Assembly: GCA_902799965.1 (NCBI GenBank)
Contig: CADCCO010000002.1
Coordinates: 1,285 to 65,284 of the forward strand
Reading direction: 5' to 3'
Length of the DNA: 64,000 nt
Origin: an uncultured Spirochaetaceae bacterium
Lineage (GTDB): Bacteria > Spirochaetota > Spirochaetia > Treponematales > Treponemataceae
In this document: positions 47,979 through 58,057 of the stretch, piece by piece
Layout: every line of letters starts with the position of its first letter
Position numbering within the stretch: the first letter of the stretch is position 1
Made by a program: the position numbers and the translations under genes
Notes under the pieces: model-generated
Databases searched by the model: none
Told to the model about the DNA's origin: nothing
What the model saw: only the letters and a program-made list of their open reading frames with translations

Positions 47979-48007
47979 ATTATACAACAGCTTGTTAGAA
48001 AAAGCAA
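47979..48007 (-). promoter_or_regulatory. Sigma70-type promoter for the ompA-lipoprotein operon
   Basis: TTGCTT-17-TATAAT on the minus strand; places the repeat inside an approximately 315-nt leader. Confidence 0.6.
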
Positions 48008-48045
48008 GAAAAACATTTTTCATTTTGACAAAAAGCGTTATTTTG

Positions 48046-48540
48046 TCAAAACTGGCCGGGCGCTGAAGTGTTGATATGCGTGATCGCGCCGGCAAGAGCG
48101 TCGGCGGCGTGGTCGGGCTTGGGAGGCGTCGCAAGTCCAAGAAGCAGTTGAACGTAGCGCTCGACCAGCTCTTTGTCGGCGGCGCCGCTGCCGGTGACGG
48201 CCTGCTTTATTTGGTTGGGCTTGTATTCTCCAAGGGGAACGCAATTTTGCGCCAGACATAAAGTGACCACGCCGCGGGCTTCGGCAACCGACATGGCGCT
48301 AGTTTGGTTTTTGGCAAAGTAAAGGGTTTCCATCGCGGCTTCGGATGGCTTGTATTCTTGAATCACCGCGTTAAGATGGTTGTAGATATGCAAAAGCCGC
48401 GTTCCGTGGATTTCGGACGCGGCCGTTTCTATCACGCCGTATTTAACCAGCGTAAATTTGCTGCCGTTCCAGTCAATGATTCCCCAGCCGGTGTTGGCCA
48501 GGCCGGGGTCAATGCCCAGGACGCGGCGGATTTTAGGCAT
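48046..48540 (-). CDS. ruvC: Crossover junction endodeoxyribonuclease
   Basis: LGIDPG, AMETLYF, EARGV, IKQAVTGSG.ADK, DHAADALA. Confidence 0.96.
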   Translation of the reverse strand: MPKIRRVLGIDPGLANTGWGIIDWNGSKFTLVKYGVIETAASEIHGTRLLHIYNHLNAVIQEYKPSEAAMETLYFAKNQTSAMSVAEARGVVTLCLAQNCVPLGEYKPNQIKQAVTGSGAADKELVERYVQLLLGLATPPKPDHAADALAGAITHINTSAPGQF

Positions 48541-48550
48541 TCGCCTTTCC

Positions 48551-49294
48551 TTACTCTTCGGGAACGAAGTCTTCAGGATATTCTACTGTTGTGTAGACAT
48601 TCTGAACGTCGTCGTTGTCCTCAAGCTTGTCGATCATCTTTTGGACTTTGGCGGCTGTGTCCTTGTCAACGGGCTGGTAGGCTTCGGGAACCATTCCAAC
48701 TTCGCCTGAAAGGGACTCGAATCCCTTGGCCTGCAAGGCTTCCATAACGCCGGCAAAGGCTTCCTGAGATGTCGTTACCGTGATGATTCCGTCTTCGTTC
48801 TCAACGTCGTCGGCGCCCGCGTCAAGCGCGACTTCCATTACTTCGTCTTCGCTTACTTTTTCGGCGTCATAAGTGATTGTTCCCTTGCGGCTGAACATGC
48901 GGCTTACGGAACCGGTTGTTCCGAGGTTTCCGCCGTTCTTGTTGAAAATGTTGCGAACGTCAGCGGCGGCGCGGTTCTTGTTGTCGGTCAAAACTTCGAC
49001 CAAAACAGCGACTCCGCCAGGAGCGTATCCTTCGTATACCATTTCTTCGTAGTTAGATCCGCCGTCTTCGCCTGTTCCCTTCTTGATGGCGCGCTCAATG
49101 TTGTCCTTGGGCATGTTTGAGGCGCGGGCCTTAAGGATGGCCGTGCGCAAGCGGGGGTTGGAGTCGGGGTCGCCGCCGCCCATGCGAGCCGCGATTGAAA
49201 TTTCCTTAATGAACTTTGTGAAAAGCTTTCCGCGCTTGGCGTCCGCGATTCCCTTGGCGTGTTTGATTGTCGCCCATTTACTGTGTCCTGACAT
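48551..49294 (-). CDS. yebC: YebC/PmpR-family protein
   Basis: MSGHSKWATIKH, NPRLR, YEGY.PGG, TDNKNR. Confidence 0.96.
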   Translation of the reverse strand: MSGHSKWATIKHAKGIADAKRGKLFTKFIKEISIAARMGGGDPDSNPRLRTAILKARASNMPKDNIERAIKKGTGEDGGSNYEEMVYEGYAPGGVAVLVEVLTDNKNRAAADVRNIFNKNGGNLGTTGSVSRMFSRKGTITYDAEKVSEDEVMEVALDAGADDVENEDGIITVTTSQEAFAGVMEALQAKGFESLSGEVGMVPEAYQPVDKDTAAKVQKMIDKLEDNDDVQNVYTTVEYPEDFVPEE

Positions 49295-49419
49295 AGAGGA
49301 TCTCCTATATTGAAAAGTTTTATAAGCGTGTAATGCTAGATGGTTATTCTACCATAAATTAAATGAGTTGGTCAAGGGCTTTTGCAGGGTCACCGCGTCC
49401 CCTGGACGCTGCGCGAAAA

Positions 49420-50847
49420 CTACTTCAACTCTTTCTTCAATTCTCCAATCAGTTCTTCACTCTTCTTAAACGAATCGCTCAACATCTGCAAAAGCTCGCT
49501 AGTAGTATGAGTAACTTCCTCTTCCTTCACAAATGGATTTTTAATATCAAGATTCCAGCCGCTTTCGGCAATCTTTTCTACAGGGACTTTCCAAGCCTGT
49601 TCGTTTTCAACACGTGTGCTCCACCATTCTTTAAGAGAAGCAAACTCGCTCTTTTGAATCGGCTTTGTTTTTGAATAAGATTTCTGACCTTCCGGCAGCT
49701 TGTGTTCCCAGTACCAGATTTCTTTAGTAGGCTCGCCTTTTGTAAAAAACAGGAGATTTGTAGCAACCGAAGCATAAGGCTGGAAAACAGAGTTAGGCAA
49801 ACGCACAATTGTATGAACATTACACTGAGTCAAAAACTCTTCGCGGATTCTCTGTTTTACACCGTCGCCGGTCAATGAACCATCCGGTAAAACAATTGCA
49901 GCACGACCACCATCACGCAGATACCGAATCATCAAGAGCAAGAACAAATCAGCGCTTTCGGTAGTTCTAAAGGCAGCAGGATAATTAGTTTCAACTCCAT
50001 CCGAAACGCTGGCGCCAAAAGGTGGATTAGCAAGGATAACATCAACACGTTCTTTTGCGCCGATGCTTGTATACTCGCGGTTAAGGCTGTCCATATTCAT
50101 AACATTCGGAACTTCAATATCATGCAGAATAAGGTTTGTAACGCAAAGCATAAAAGGAAGCGGCTTAAGTTCCTGACCGCGAATCGTTTCTTCAAGTACC
50201 TTCAAATCTTCAACAGAGTGAACATCCTGCTTTCTGATATTTTCAATCGCGCTCGTTAAAAAGCCACCGGTACCACAAGCCGGGTCCAGCACCTTTTCAC
50301 CAAGACGAGGATTAATAATCTCGGTCATAATTTCTGTAACAGCGCGCGGAGTATAAAACTCACCGTAGTTGCCGGCGCTCTGCAAATCACGTAAAAGTCC
50401 TTCGTAAATATCGCCGAACATATGACGGTCTTCGCTGGCATTAAAATCAATTTCATTAAGCTTGTTCACAACCTGACGGATTATAGTTCCATTTTTCATG
50501 TAGTTGTTAGTGCCTGCAAAAATATCACGAATCAAAACAGCCCGCTTGTTGCCGGTAGAAACATCCAGATTCTGCAAGCCAGGAAAAAGCTTATCATCAA
50601 CAAAATCCTTAAGCGCATCTCCCGTCATGCCTTCACTGTCTGCCGCCCAGTTTCTCCACTGCAGTTCGCCCGGAATCACAGAAACATAATCATCGCTGAT
50701 AAGCTCCATTTCGGCTTCCTTATCATCAATGATTTTAAGCGTAATCATCCAGCCCAGCTGCTCCAGCCTCTGCGCATCGCCCGAAACACCCGGGTCCTTC
50801 CACATGATATTCTGCAATGTTTTTACAATTCCACCAATGTTTGGCAT
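49420..50847 (-). CDS. hsdM: Type I R-M methyltransferase (m6A)
   Basis: GEFYTPR, LDPACGTGGFL, ILANPPF, IVLPDG; start MPNIGG with AGGAG RBS. Confidence 0.95.
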   Translation of the reverse strand: MPNIGGIVKTLQNIMWKDPGVSGDAQRLEQLGWMITLKIIDDKEAEMELISDDYVSVIPGELQWRNWAADSEGMTGDALKDFVDDKLFPGLQNLDVSTGNKRAVLIRDIFAGTNNYMKNGTIIRQVVNKLNEIDFNASEDRHMFGDIYEGLLRDLQSAGNYGEFYTPRAVTEIMTEIINPRLGEKVLDPACGTGGFLTSAIENIRKQDVHSVEDLKVLEETIRGQELKPLPFMLCVTNLILHDIEVPNVMNMDSLNREYTSIGAKERVDVILANPPFGASVSDGVETNYPAAFRTTESADLFLLLMIRYLRDGGRAAIVLPDGSLTGDGVKQRIREEFLTQCNVHTIVRLPNSVFQPYASVATNLLFFTKGEPTKEIWYWEHKLPEGQKSYSKTKPIQKSEFASLKEWWSTRVENEQAWKVPVEKIAESGWNLDIKNPFVKEEEVTHTTSELLQMLSDSFKKSEELIGELKKELK

Positions 50848-50934
50848 TTGTTCTGCTCCTGTATTTTCCTCAATTTGCCAAAACGACATCCTAAGCGCCA
50901 CCAAAGCGTCATTTTGGCGTTTTGGAATAAAACG

Positions 50935-51945
50935 TTATTTCTTTTCCAGCTTCTTTATCATCTTATCAAAATCAGAATCTATCTTCTGAGTCTTATTAAA
51001 AACTTCATATTCACTAAAGGCTTTTTCATCAGCTTTGTTTCTTGAAATCCTTCCATTTCCTTCAAGAATATCGTACTTTCGGAATTCAAGAAATTCGTTA
51101 ACACTTGCCGCAAACTGTTCCATATTAAAAGGAATCTCGCGTTCAATCAAATCTTCAATATAATCAAAATAACCGCTCACAGCTCTTTCCAGCTGACGGA
51201 TTTGCTTTTCAGAAAGATAGTTTTTTGCAATGTTCACATCAGATTTCAGAATGCGGCCATCAGGAGAATTCTTCCATGTAGTTAAACCCATGTGCTCTTT
51301 TTTGTGGTCAGCCTTATCATAAACAATTTCCGCTGCAGTCTGCCCGGTAATTGCAAAATGAAACTTATTCTGAACAGTCGCATAAAACTGTTTTGTAATT
51401 TCAGAATTCTTATCATAATCAATGGAACATTCCGCAAAAATATCTGTAATCTGCTGCCAGATTCTGCGTTCACTTGCACGGATTGAGCGGACTCTTTCCA
51501 AAAGTTCACGGAAATAATCCTTCCCAAAAACATTTTCGCCCTGCTTTAGCCGTTCATCATCCATCACAAAGCCCTTTTTGATGTATTCCTTTAATACATT
51601 TGTAGCCCAAATGCGGAACTTTGTGGCTTTTGCAGAATTCACTCTATAACCTACAGAGATAATGGCATCGAGATTGTAAAATGTCACATTTCTTTTTACG
51701 GACCGTGTACCTTCTTTTTGAACTGTTTCCAAAATGGAAATAGTTGAGGCTTCCTCCAATTCCCCACATTCATATATATTTTTAAGGTGTTTCGAAACCG
51801 CAGGAACATTAACATCAAAAAGTTCTGCCATAGAATTTTGTGTAAGCCAGATAGATTCATCCTTAAGGAGCGCATTAACTTTTACATCTTCTTCATCTGC
51901 TTTATAGAGAACATATGATATTTGTTTTACAAGTTCATTTGGCAT
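50935..51945 (-). CDS. RhuM-family protein
   Basis: IWLTQ..MAELF, YNLDAIISVGYRVNS..AT.FR.WA, IRASERR, QNKFHFAITGQTAAE, MGLTTW. Confidence 0.92.
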   Translation of the reverse strand: MPNELVKQISYVLYKADEEDVKVNALLKDESIWLTQNSMAELFDVNVPAVSKHLKNIYECGELEEASTISILETVQKEGTRSVKRNVTFYNLDAIISVGYRVNSAKATKFRIWATNVLKEYIKKGFVMDDERLKQGENVFGKDYFRELLERVRSIRASERRIWQQITDIFAECSIDYDKNSEITKQFYATVQNKFHFAITGQTAAEIVYDKADHKKEHMGLTTWKNSPDGRILKSDVNIAKNYLSEKQIRQLERAVSGYFDYIEDLIEREIPFNMEQFAASVNEFLEFRKYDILEGNGRISRNKADEKAFSEYEVFNKTQKIDSDFDKMIKKLEKK

Positions 51946-51970
51946 CTGTTTCGCTCCTTTTGTTTTTTCT

Positions 51971-52112
51971 GGGTGTTCCCATCACTACGTTCGGGTCGGG
52001 CTTTTCGGGGTTCCGCTATCGCTCCAGCCTCCTCACTTCGTGACCTTCGCTGCATAGCAGCTCGGAGACTCGCTCCCTAGGTGGCCGCTTCGCGCCCCTA
52101 CAATCCCTAACA
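51971..52112. repeat. GC-rich structured intergenic repeat inside the AT-rich island
   Basis: GGGTGTTCCC...GTCGGGCTTTTCGGGGTTCCGCT...GCTTCGCGCCCCTACAATCCCTAAC; multiple hairpins; sharp composition contrast with the flanks. Confidence 0.6.
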
Positions 52113-52152
52113 CTTTATTAAAATCATTAAATTATATAAACTTTCAACATAA

Positions 52153-55100
52153 TTACACCCATCTATTACGAACATCTGAAAATTCACTAATATTATTTGA
52201 ATTATCCTCCCAATATTTTATTTCAGGTTCTTTATCACCAATTATTTGATACATAATAAAAGCAAGTCGCATGGCCCTTTGTCTAATTATCAATTTTTTA
52301 TTAAAAGTTATTTTTATCTTCTCATTTTTATAATCAGTAATTTCTGATAAATGAGACAAAACATTCAATATCTCAATTTTGAATACATCTGCTAAATTTT
52401 TATGTTTTTTTATAATTTCCCCAAGTGTATCGATATTATGAATGATTAATTCATTTTCTTCATATAAAATTGAAAATAATAAAACACTTGCTAATTTATT
52501 GATTTGTTCTTCATTTTCCGTTTCGCAATTTGCTTCAAGTGTGAATAATGCGTCGATTCGCTTGTTTCTATTCCTATCAAAAACACCGAGTTCAAGTCGC
52601 TTATGTAAATCATTTAAAGACAAAGAGTTATTTATATTTTGTAAGTAAATACAAGAAATCCCGAATTGATTCAGTTGGTTAATTAATTCATTTATTTCTT
52701 TTGTATCCCATGAAACAGGTAAAGCTTCTAACAAATTCACCAATAACCGTTGCATCTTATAAAAGCACGTTATAAACTCTTCTTCTATATCTTTTAATTG
52801 TAACACATCTTTATTTCTTTTCCAAAAGACTAGCAGTTTATCTATAATCAGATTTATTTCTTTTTCCTCTAATACATTATCTATAAGTAAATTATGAATT
52901 TCAGAAAAAAGATTGCAAACATAATAAACATTCTGCGAGGAATATCCTTTTTGTATTTTGAAATCGGGTAATGTAATACTATTTATCCATGCTTTTATAA
53001 GTTTTATGGGTTTTATATTACTTGGATACGGAAGATTTATAAAACCTGTCTTTAAGAGATCAAAATTACTTGGTAATCCAAATTTATCTGTTTTGTACCA
53101 AAGAATTTCTGAAAACTCTTCCTTTTCTCTTTGATTGAGTAAATTTGAATCAAATAGTTCTAATAATGTAATTATTCCCCAGCGACGGATATAAGCCTTT
53201 TCTGATTTTATTGCAAGCAAATATGGAGTTACTAAAGATTCCTCTAGATGAATTTTAGAAGTAAATGTGAGTTTATTTATGTTTAATGATTCAAAAGGAG
53301 ATTTTAGATTCATTTCTTCCAAAGGTGACATGTCATCTGGAATAGGTAATTGAAGTATTTGTAAAAAAAATTGTTCTAACTCATTAGGTAATAAAGAACT
53401 CATAAATCGCTTTATAAGAATATCAATTCCCTTATAATTCCAACGATATTTAGAGGACAATATAGAATTAATAAGTGACAAAATCTTAGATTTATTTTCT
53501 GTTGTACATTTTGAACATAATCTTGAAATAATCTCAGGAAGAATTATTGCCAAGACTTGCGCAAAGTTTTTTGTATCACTAGAATCTTCTTCTACGATTG
53601 CTTTTTCATCTTCTGTTAAAGTTGAAATCAATGCTTCGCAAAGATTATTAATGTATTCTACTGAAAAATTGTTTATTGCTTGTCGAGTAAATAATTCATC
53701 AACAATTTTTTCATCTGCAATTCTGCAACACACAGAGACTGCCCATAATAAATTATAATCTGAAATTCTGACAATTGCAGATCTTGCTTCATTCTCTGCT
53801 AAATTATATGTACTGCCTTTATTATGGAGACAAAACGGCATACCTATAGATTCACTATAGAGTAAAAAGGAAAAAGCTTTCTTCTGTTCGTTGTAAGACT
53901 TTCCAAAATGTTTTGTAATTACAAACTCCCCTATATCATACTTATCTTGAATTTCAATTTCCACCTCATTTGTATACGGAGCTGACAACAAATCCTTAAA
54001 ATGACTTTCTTCGCGACTTGGATTACATAAATAAGTTTTTAAAATAGAAACGCGATCTTTATATTCTTCATTCTTCTTATCCAAATCTTTAGAATTATGA
54101 GATGCAAATATGAAACTCTGATATAAATCTAAGATATAGGATTCTCTAGATAATAATGAACAATCTGTTGGTGATGTTATAGCTAACTGTTGCTCTCGTA
54201 TATCAATAAGTGCATTCGTCAAAATAGTTATTGCTTTATCTAATTTACCACTTTCTGCCAGAATTCCTGCCTTTTTTGCATTTTCAAATGGCGTACTTTT
54301 GGGATATTCCCATTCGTCAGTAATACTTTTTAATTTAGAATAATCAAGATTAAACAAAGCCTGTAATCCCTGTTCATAATCTAATTCTCCTTTTATATTT
54401 ATTGAAAGGTCTACTACATTATTTAATTTTATATACAATTCATTCCATTCTTTTAGCAATCCATTTTGACGATAATATCTGAGCAGGTATAGTCCTAATA
54501 AAACTTCTTTTTCTGAACTAAAATCATCATCTAATATACTTATAACTAAGCCTGCAGTTTGTTTATCCATTGGATATAAGCTTTTTTCAAGTCTCCAACA
54601 AAACTCAAATAAAAAATCAAATTTGAGTTTATAATCAACATTGTCCTTAATATTTAAGATTCCCAGCCATTCTATAGTAGTTTCAACAAAAACATTTCTT
54701 TTTTCTTCTGGTAAAATTATCCAACCTGGGTAAGTCAGTCTTTGATTTTCCCATATAGATGAAATTTTTGCTATTTTATTTTCAATAGGCTCGACGTTAT
54801 TTTGTGGAAATAATCTATATAAATTATTATATGGCCATAGGTTAATATTGTTTACTTTTGATTTTTCAGAAAGATATTCAACGAATAAATTTAAGGCTTC
54901 GTAATGACTGTTAGCGAGATTTACTAAAATTATATTTCTTTTTTCAAGTAATCTCTTTTGTGTTATAGAAAGCTCAAAAGAACCAATCAAATATATTTTA
55001 GAAATCTTTGACTCAAGATTATCTCGCAACCATCCTAACCATTGAAAAAAGTTAGGATCGTCTCCAGAAAAACCTATTAGACAGAGAGTATTTTCTAATA

Positions 55101-55692
55101 ATGATTGTTGAACCGTATTAACAAACGGTGCATTTATTTTTGGGTAAACTCTATAATCTTCTTCTGTTATTGTAAAAGGTCTAGCTGCTGGAAAACTACC
55201 ATGCAATTTTATAATTCTTGGTTTTGATGCATATACCAAATCTTCCTTTGAAAGTACAACAGTATATTTTTTATTAAAATTATATTTAGTTGCTCTCTCT
55301 AATAAAGTATCATAATTTGTTGTAAAAACATCTGTCCATGGTAGATTTAACAGCTTCTTGTGCAATTCTGAAGGTTCATATTCTAAATCAGGAATACAAT
55401 CTTGCAATATATTATCTAAAACAGGACGTCCAAAAGCAGCTTCTACTTCTTCAGCTAGTTTTAAAACATTTAAATACTCTTTCTTGGGGAGTTTCGCATC
55501 TTTACCATACAATTTTTCATAGAAAACATTTCCTAGTTCATTCCAATCAGAGAATTTTTTACAGATAGCACTATTAGGAATCGCATTCTTGCTAAAACCA
55601 GCCCCAACCATCACCGCAGCATGATTTGTAAAAAGACGTTCAGATATCTCATCCAAATATACTTTCTCTTCAGGTAATACATTAATACTCAT
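52153..55692 (-). CDS. SIR2-domain anti-phage protein, Dsr1-like
   Basis: AVMVGAGFSKNA, VFTTNYDTLLE, IIKLHGS, TEEDYR, CLIGFSGDDPNF, followed by an approximately 900-aa helical region; very AT-rich. Confidence 0.85.
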   Translation of the reverse strand: MSINVLPEEKVYLDEISERLFTNHAAVMVGAGFSKNAIPNSAICKKFSDWNELGNVFYEKLYGKDAKLPKKEYLNVLKLAEEVEAAFGRPVLDNILQDCIPDLEYEPSELHKKLLNLPWTDVFTTNYDTLLERATKYNFNKKYTVVLSKEDLVYASKPRIIKLHGSFPAARPFTITEEDYRVYPKINAPFVNTVQQSLLENTLCLIGFSGDDPNFFQWLGWLRDNLESKISKIYLIGSFELSITQKRLLEKRNIILVNLANSHYEALNLFVEYLSEKSKVNNINLWPYNNLYRLFPQNNVEPIENKIAKISSIWENQRLTYPGWIILPEEKRNVFVETTIEWLGILNIKDNVDYKLKFDFLFEFCWRLEKSLYPMDKQTAGLVISILDDDFSSEKEVLLGLYLLRYYRQNGLLKEWNELYIKLNNVVDLSINIKGELDYEQGLQALFNLDYSKLKSITDEWEYPKSTPFENAKKAGILAESGKLDKAITILTNALIDIREQQLAITSPTDCSLLSRESYILDLYQSFIFASHNSKDLDKKNEEYKDRVSILKTYLCNPSREESHFKDLLSAPYTNEVEIEIQDKYDIGEFVITKHFGKSYNEQKKAFSFLLYSESIGMPFCLHNKGSTYNLAENEARSAIVRISDYNLLWAVSVCCRIADEKIVDELFTRQAINNFSVEYINNLCEALISTLTEDEKAIVEEDSSDTKNFAQVLAIILPEIISRLCSKCTTENKSKILSLINSILSSKYRWNYKGIDILIKRFMSSLLPNELEQFFLQILQLPIPDDMSPLEEMNLKSPFESLNINKLTFTSKIHLEESLVTPYLLAIKSEKAYIRRWGIITLLELFDSNLLNQREKEEFSEILWYKTDKFGLPSNFDLLKTGFINLPYPSNIKPIKLIKAWINSITLPDFKIQKGYSSQNVYYVCNLFSEIHNLLIDNVLEEKEINLIIDKLLVFWKRNKDVLQLKDIEEEFITCFYKMQRLLVNLLEALPVSWDTKEINELINQLNQFGISCIYLQNINNSLSLNDLHKRLELGVFDRNRNKRIDALFTLEANCETENEEQINKLASVLLFSILYEENELIIHNIDTLGEIIKKHKNLADVFKIEILNVLSHLSEITDYKNEKIKITFNKKLIIRQRAMRLAFIMYQIIGDKEPEIKYWEDNSNNISEFSDVRNRWV

Positions 55693-55695
55693 ATA

Positions 55696-56991
55696 CTAAC
55701 TCTCCTCAAATGCATCTTTTAATATACTTTGCATAAGTTGTTTTGCTAGTTGTTCACGTTCTGTGATTTGACTTTCTATATCAGAAACAGTTTGTAAATG
55801 TTTCTCTACACTTATAACTATTTCTTCTTGTTCCAATAGTGGTGGAAATCCAGCACAAATATTGAGAACAGTCTCCCTATCAATTCCTGGAATTAAACCT
55901 TTTCCTTGACTTTTTAAGTATTGAAAATTTGCACGCAAAATAAACTCAATATATTTTAAGGAAATTAACTCTGATACGGTTGTTATTGACATAACTTGGC
56001 GTGCAATATGAGCTTCCTTAAAATCTGCATAAGCTAATGTTCCATAACCAGAGCCCTTACATACAAGTAACAAATCTCCGAATTTTGCAATACACTTAGG
56101 AGTTTCAGTCCATCGATTTATTATTATTCCGTTTTCGCCAAAATTACTTGCACCAGTTATGTATGGAGTTCCTTCTTGTTTATCATTGTATTCAGATGGT
56201 TCAAAATCTCGGCCAGATAAAAGATTTATTATTTCTCCCAATCTTACCCACTTCCATCCTTTTGGAATTTCAAACGGTTTTTCTTCATCCGTAATTGGAG
56301 ATAATCCCTTATGCTTCTTTTCGCTGTTTCGTTCTTTCTGTATCTGTTCAAACAATGCTTCTGTATCGTAGTCGGGATTGCCTTTTTGGACTGGATTCTG
56401 TTTGCGCCAGTCGGCGGTGAGTTTTCCTTCTATGGCCTCTTGTAGAATGTTTTGACGGAGTTGCTTTATGTAGTTTTTTTGTGATTCAATTTCTATAGAA
56501 AGTTGTTCTGTTTTTTGTAATTGAAGTTTTATTTTTTTGATTACCTCTTTTTGTATTTCTATAGAAGGCAAAGGTATCTCAGAATCAAGAAACACATTTA
56601 CAGCTAGACGTTGTGAACCTACTCCTTTTACATTTTTTTGTAGGCTTTTATAATATTCATCTTTTTGTAAACAGATACAAATCCATTCTGGTATACATTT
56701 AGATAAGTCTACATCAAAAGCTGGTAAGTCTGCTGATGAAGTGAAACCATTTAATTCTTGGGGAATGATCCCAAAAGCACCCTTATGAATATTTTGTTTT
56801 CCATAAATGAATTGTCCTGCTTTACGAGTATAGTACTTGGTAGCACCTTCTTTTTCTGCTTTGAGAGATCTTTGTTCAACTCCCTTACAATTCAATCTAA
56901 CTGTTATTCGATGAGCAGCATCTGATTCTTCCGCAATTATTTTGCTTTCTGTGAGAAAATCACCTATTTTTACTTTTTTCCATTCGCTCAT
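55696..56991 (-). CDS. hsdS: Type I R-M specificity subunit
   Basis: Two TRDs; IPLPSIEIQ and FPPLLEQ; central LRQNILQEAIEGKL...PFEIPKGWKWVRLGEI; terminal QSILKDAF. Confidence 0.93.
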   Translation of the reverse strand: MSEWKKVKIGDFLTESKIIAEESDAAHRITVRLNCKGVEQRSLKAEKEGATKYYTRKAGQFIYGKQNIHKGAFGIIPQELNGFTSSADLPAFDVDLSKCIPEWICICLQKDEYYKSLQKNVKGVGSQRLAVNVFLDSEIPLPSIEIQKEVIKKIKLQLQKTEQLSIEIESQKNYIKQLRQNILQEAIEGKLTADWRKQNPVQKGNPDYDTEALFEQIQKERNSEKKHKGLSPITDEEKPFEIPKGWKWVRLGEIINLLSGRDFEPSEYNDKQEGTPYITGASNFGENGIIINRWTETPKCIAKFGDLLLVCKGSGYGTLAYADFKEAHIARQVMSITTVSELISLKYIEFILRANFQYLKSQGKGLIPGIDRETVLNICAGFPPLLEQEEIVISVEKHLQTVSDIESQITEREQLAKQLMQSILKDAFEES

Positions 56992-56995
56992 TTTT

Positions 56996-58051
56996 CTATT
57001 CCTTCAACAATCCCATCAAACCAATATTTATGAACAGATTGTCTTTACCTACTTTCATGCATTTTAGAATTCCAATATCTTCCAGTTGATGCAAATATCT
57101 AGACGCGGCTTTTCGTTCCACTCCGAGTGACTTTACAATGAATTCAACTTTGCAATATGGATTTTCAAAAAGAGTTTCTATCAATTCTTTTGAATAGATT
57201 TTTGGAGCTTCTGTTTTTACTTTTTCTACAGTGTCTTCCAAAAGTTTTTTTATGGCTTTTACTTTCTGGATTGTATCGGCTGCGGTTTCTTCAATTCCCT
57301 TTAGAATAAAAATAATCCAGTCTTCCCAAGCCTCGTTTATGCGTACATTTTGCAAGAGCTTGTAGTAACTGTTTTTATTTTTAATTATGTATGAACTGAG
57401 ATATAAAATTGGAACATCAAGGTGATGCTTTAAAATCAAATAGAGAATATTTACAATGCGGCCTGTCCTTCCGTTGCCGTCATAAAATGGATGAATGCTT
57501 TCAAATTGATAATGTAGAATAGCGAGCTTTGAAAGACTATCGTCTTCGTTATTCAGATATTCAGTAAAATTCTTTAACAGTTCATCTATTTCTTCTTTTG
57601 ATTGAGGCGGAGTATAAACAACTTCGTTTGTAGTGTCGTTCACAAGTTTTGTTCCAGGCATGGTTCGGATTCCTGCATCATTTTGAACCAGAACTTTTTG
57701 AATCTGAACAATATCATTAATTGAAATAAAACCATGTTCCTTTAGCTGATTAAAACCTGTGTACAAAGCTTCACGGTAGAACATAACTTCTTTTGTAGCT
57801 GAGTCAATTTTCTTTACTGTTTCAGATACAGCTTTATAAAGATCATCTTTTGTTGTGATGATGTTTTCTATTTCTGAACTGTCTTTTGACTCCTGAAGTA
57901 CAACTGCATTTATAAGAATTGATTGATTGGGAATAAGATTTGCGCAGCCCTTTAATTCGGCAAGCGTTTTTACAGCTTTGTTTTCTGCTTTGAGAATCTT
58001 AATTGTCTCCGTTTTTGAAGAATCAATCGGAAGCTTTTGTAATTCAGTCAT
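56996..58051 (-). CDS. Fic-family protein (N-terminal SSEIE helix, C-terminal HTH)
   Basis: ESKDSSEIENI, HPFYDGNGRTGR, C-terminal HTH; true start MTELQK at 58051. Confidence 0.92.
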   Translation of the reverse strand: MTELQKLPIDSSKTETIKILKAENKAVKTLAELKGCANLIPNQSILINAVVLQESKDSSEIENIITTKDDLYKAVSETVKKIDSATKEVMFYREALYTGFNQLKEHGFISINDIVQIQKVLVQNDAGIRTMPGTKLVNDTTNEVVYTPPQSKEEIDELLKNFTEYLNNEDDSLSKLAILHYQFESIHPFYDGNGRTGRIVNILYLILKHHLDVPILYLSSYIIKNKNSYYKLLQNVRINEAWEDWIIFILKGIEETAADTIQKVKAIKKLLEDTVEKVKTEAPKIYSKELIETLFENPYCKVEFIVKSLGVERKAASRYLHQLEDIGILKCMKVGKDNLFINIGLMGLLKE

Positions 58052-58057
58052 GTTCCA

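Noticed and set aside
51971-52112. Integron attC site
   Set aside because: The CCCTAAC/GTTAGGG end faces the wrong way for an RYYYAAC...GTTRRRY pair, and no intI or cassette array is present.
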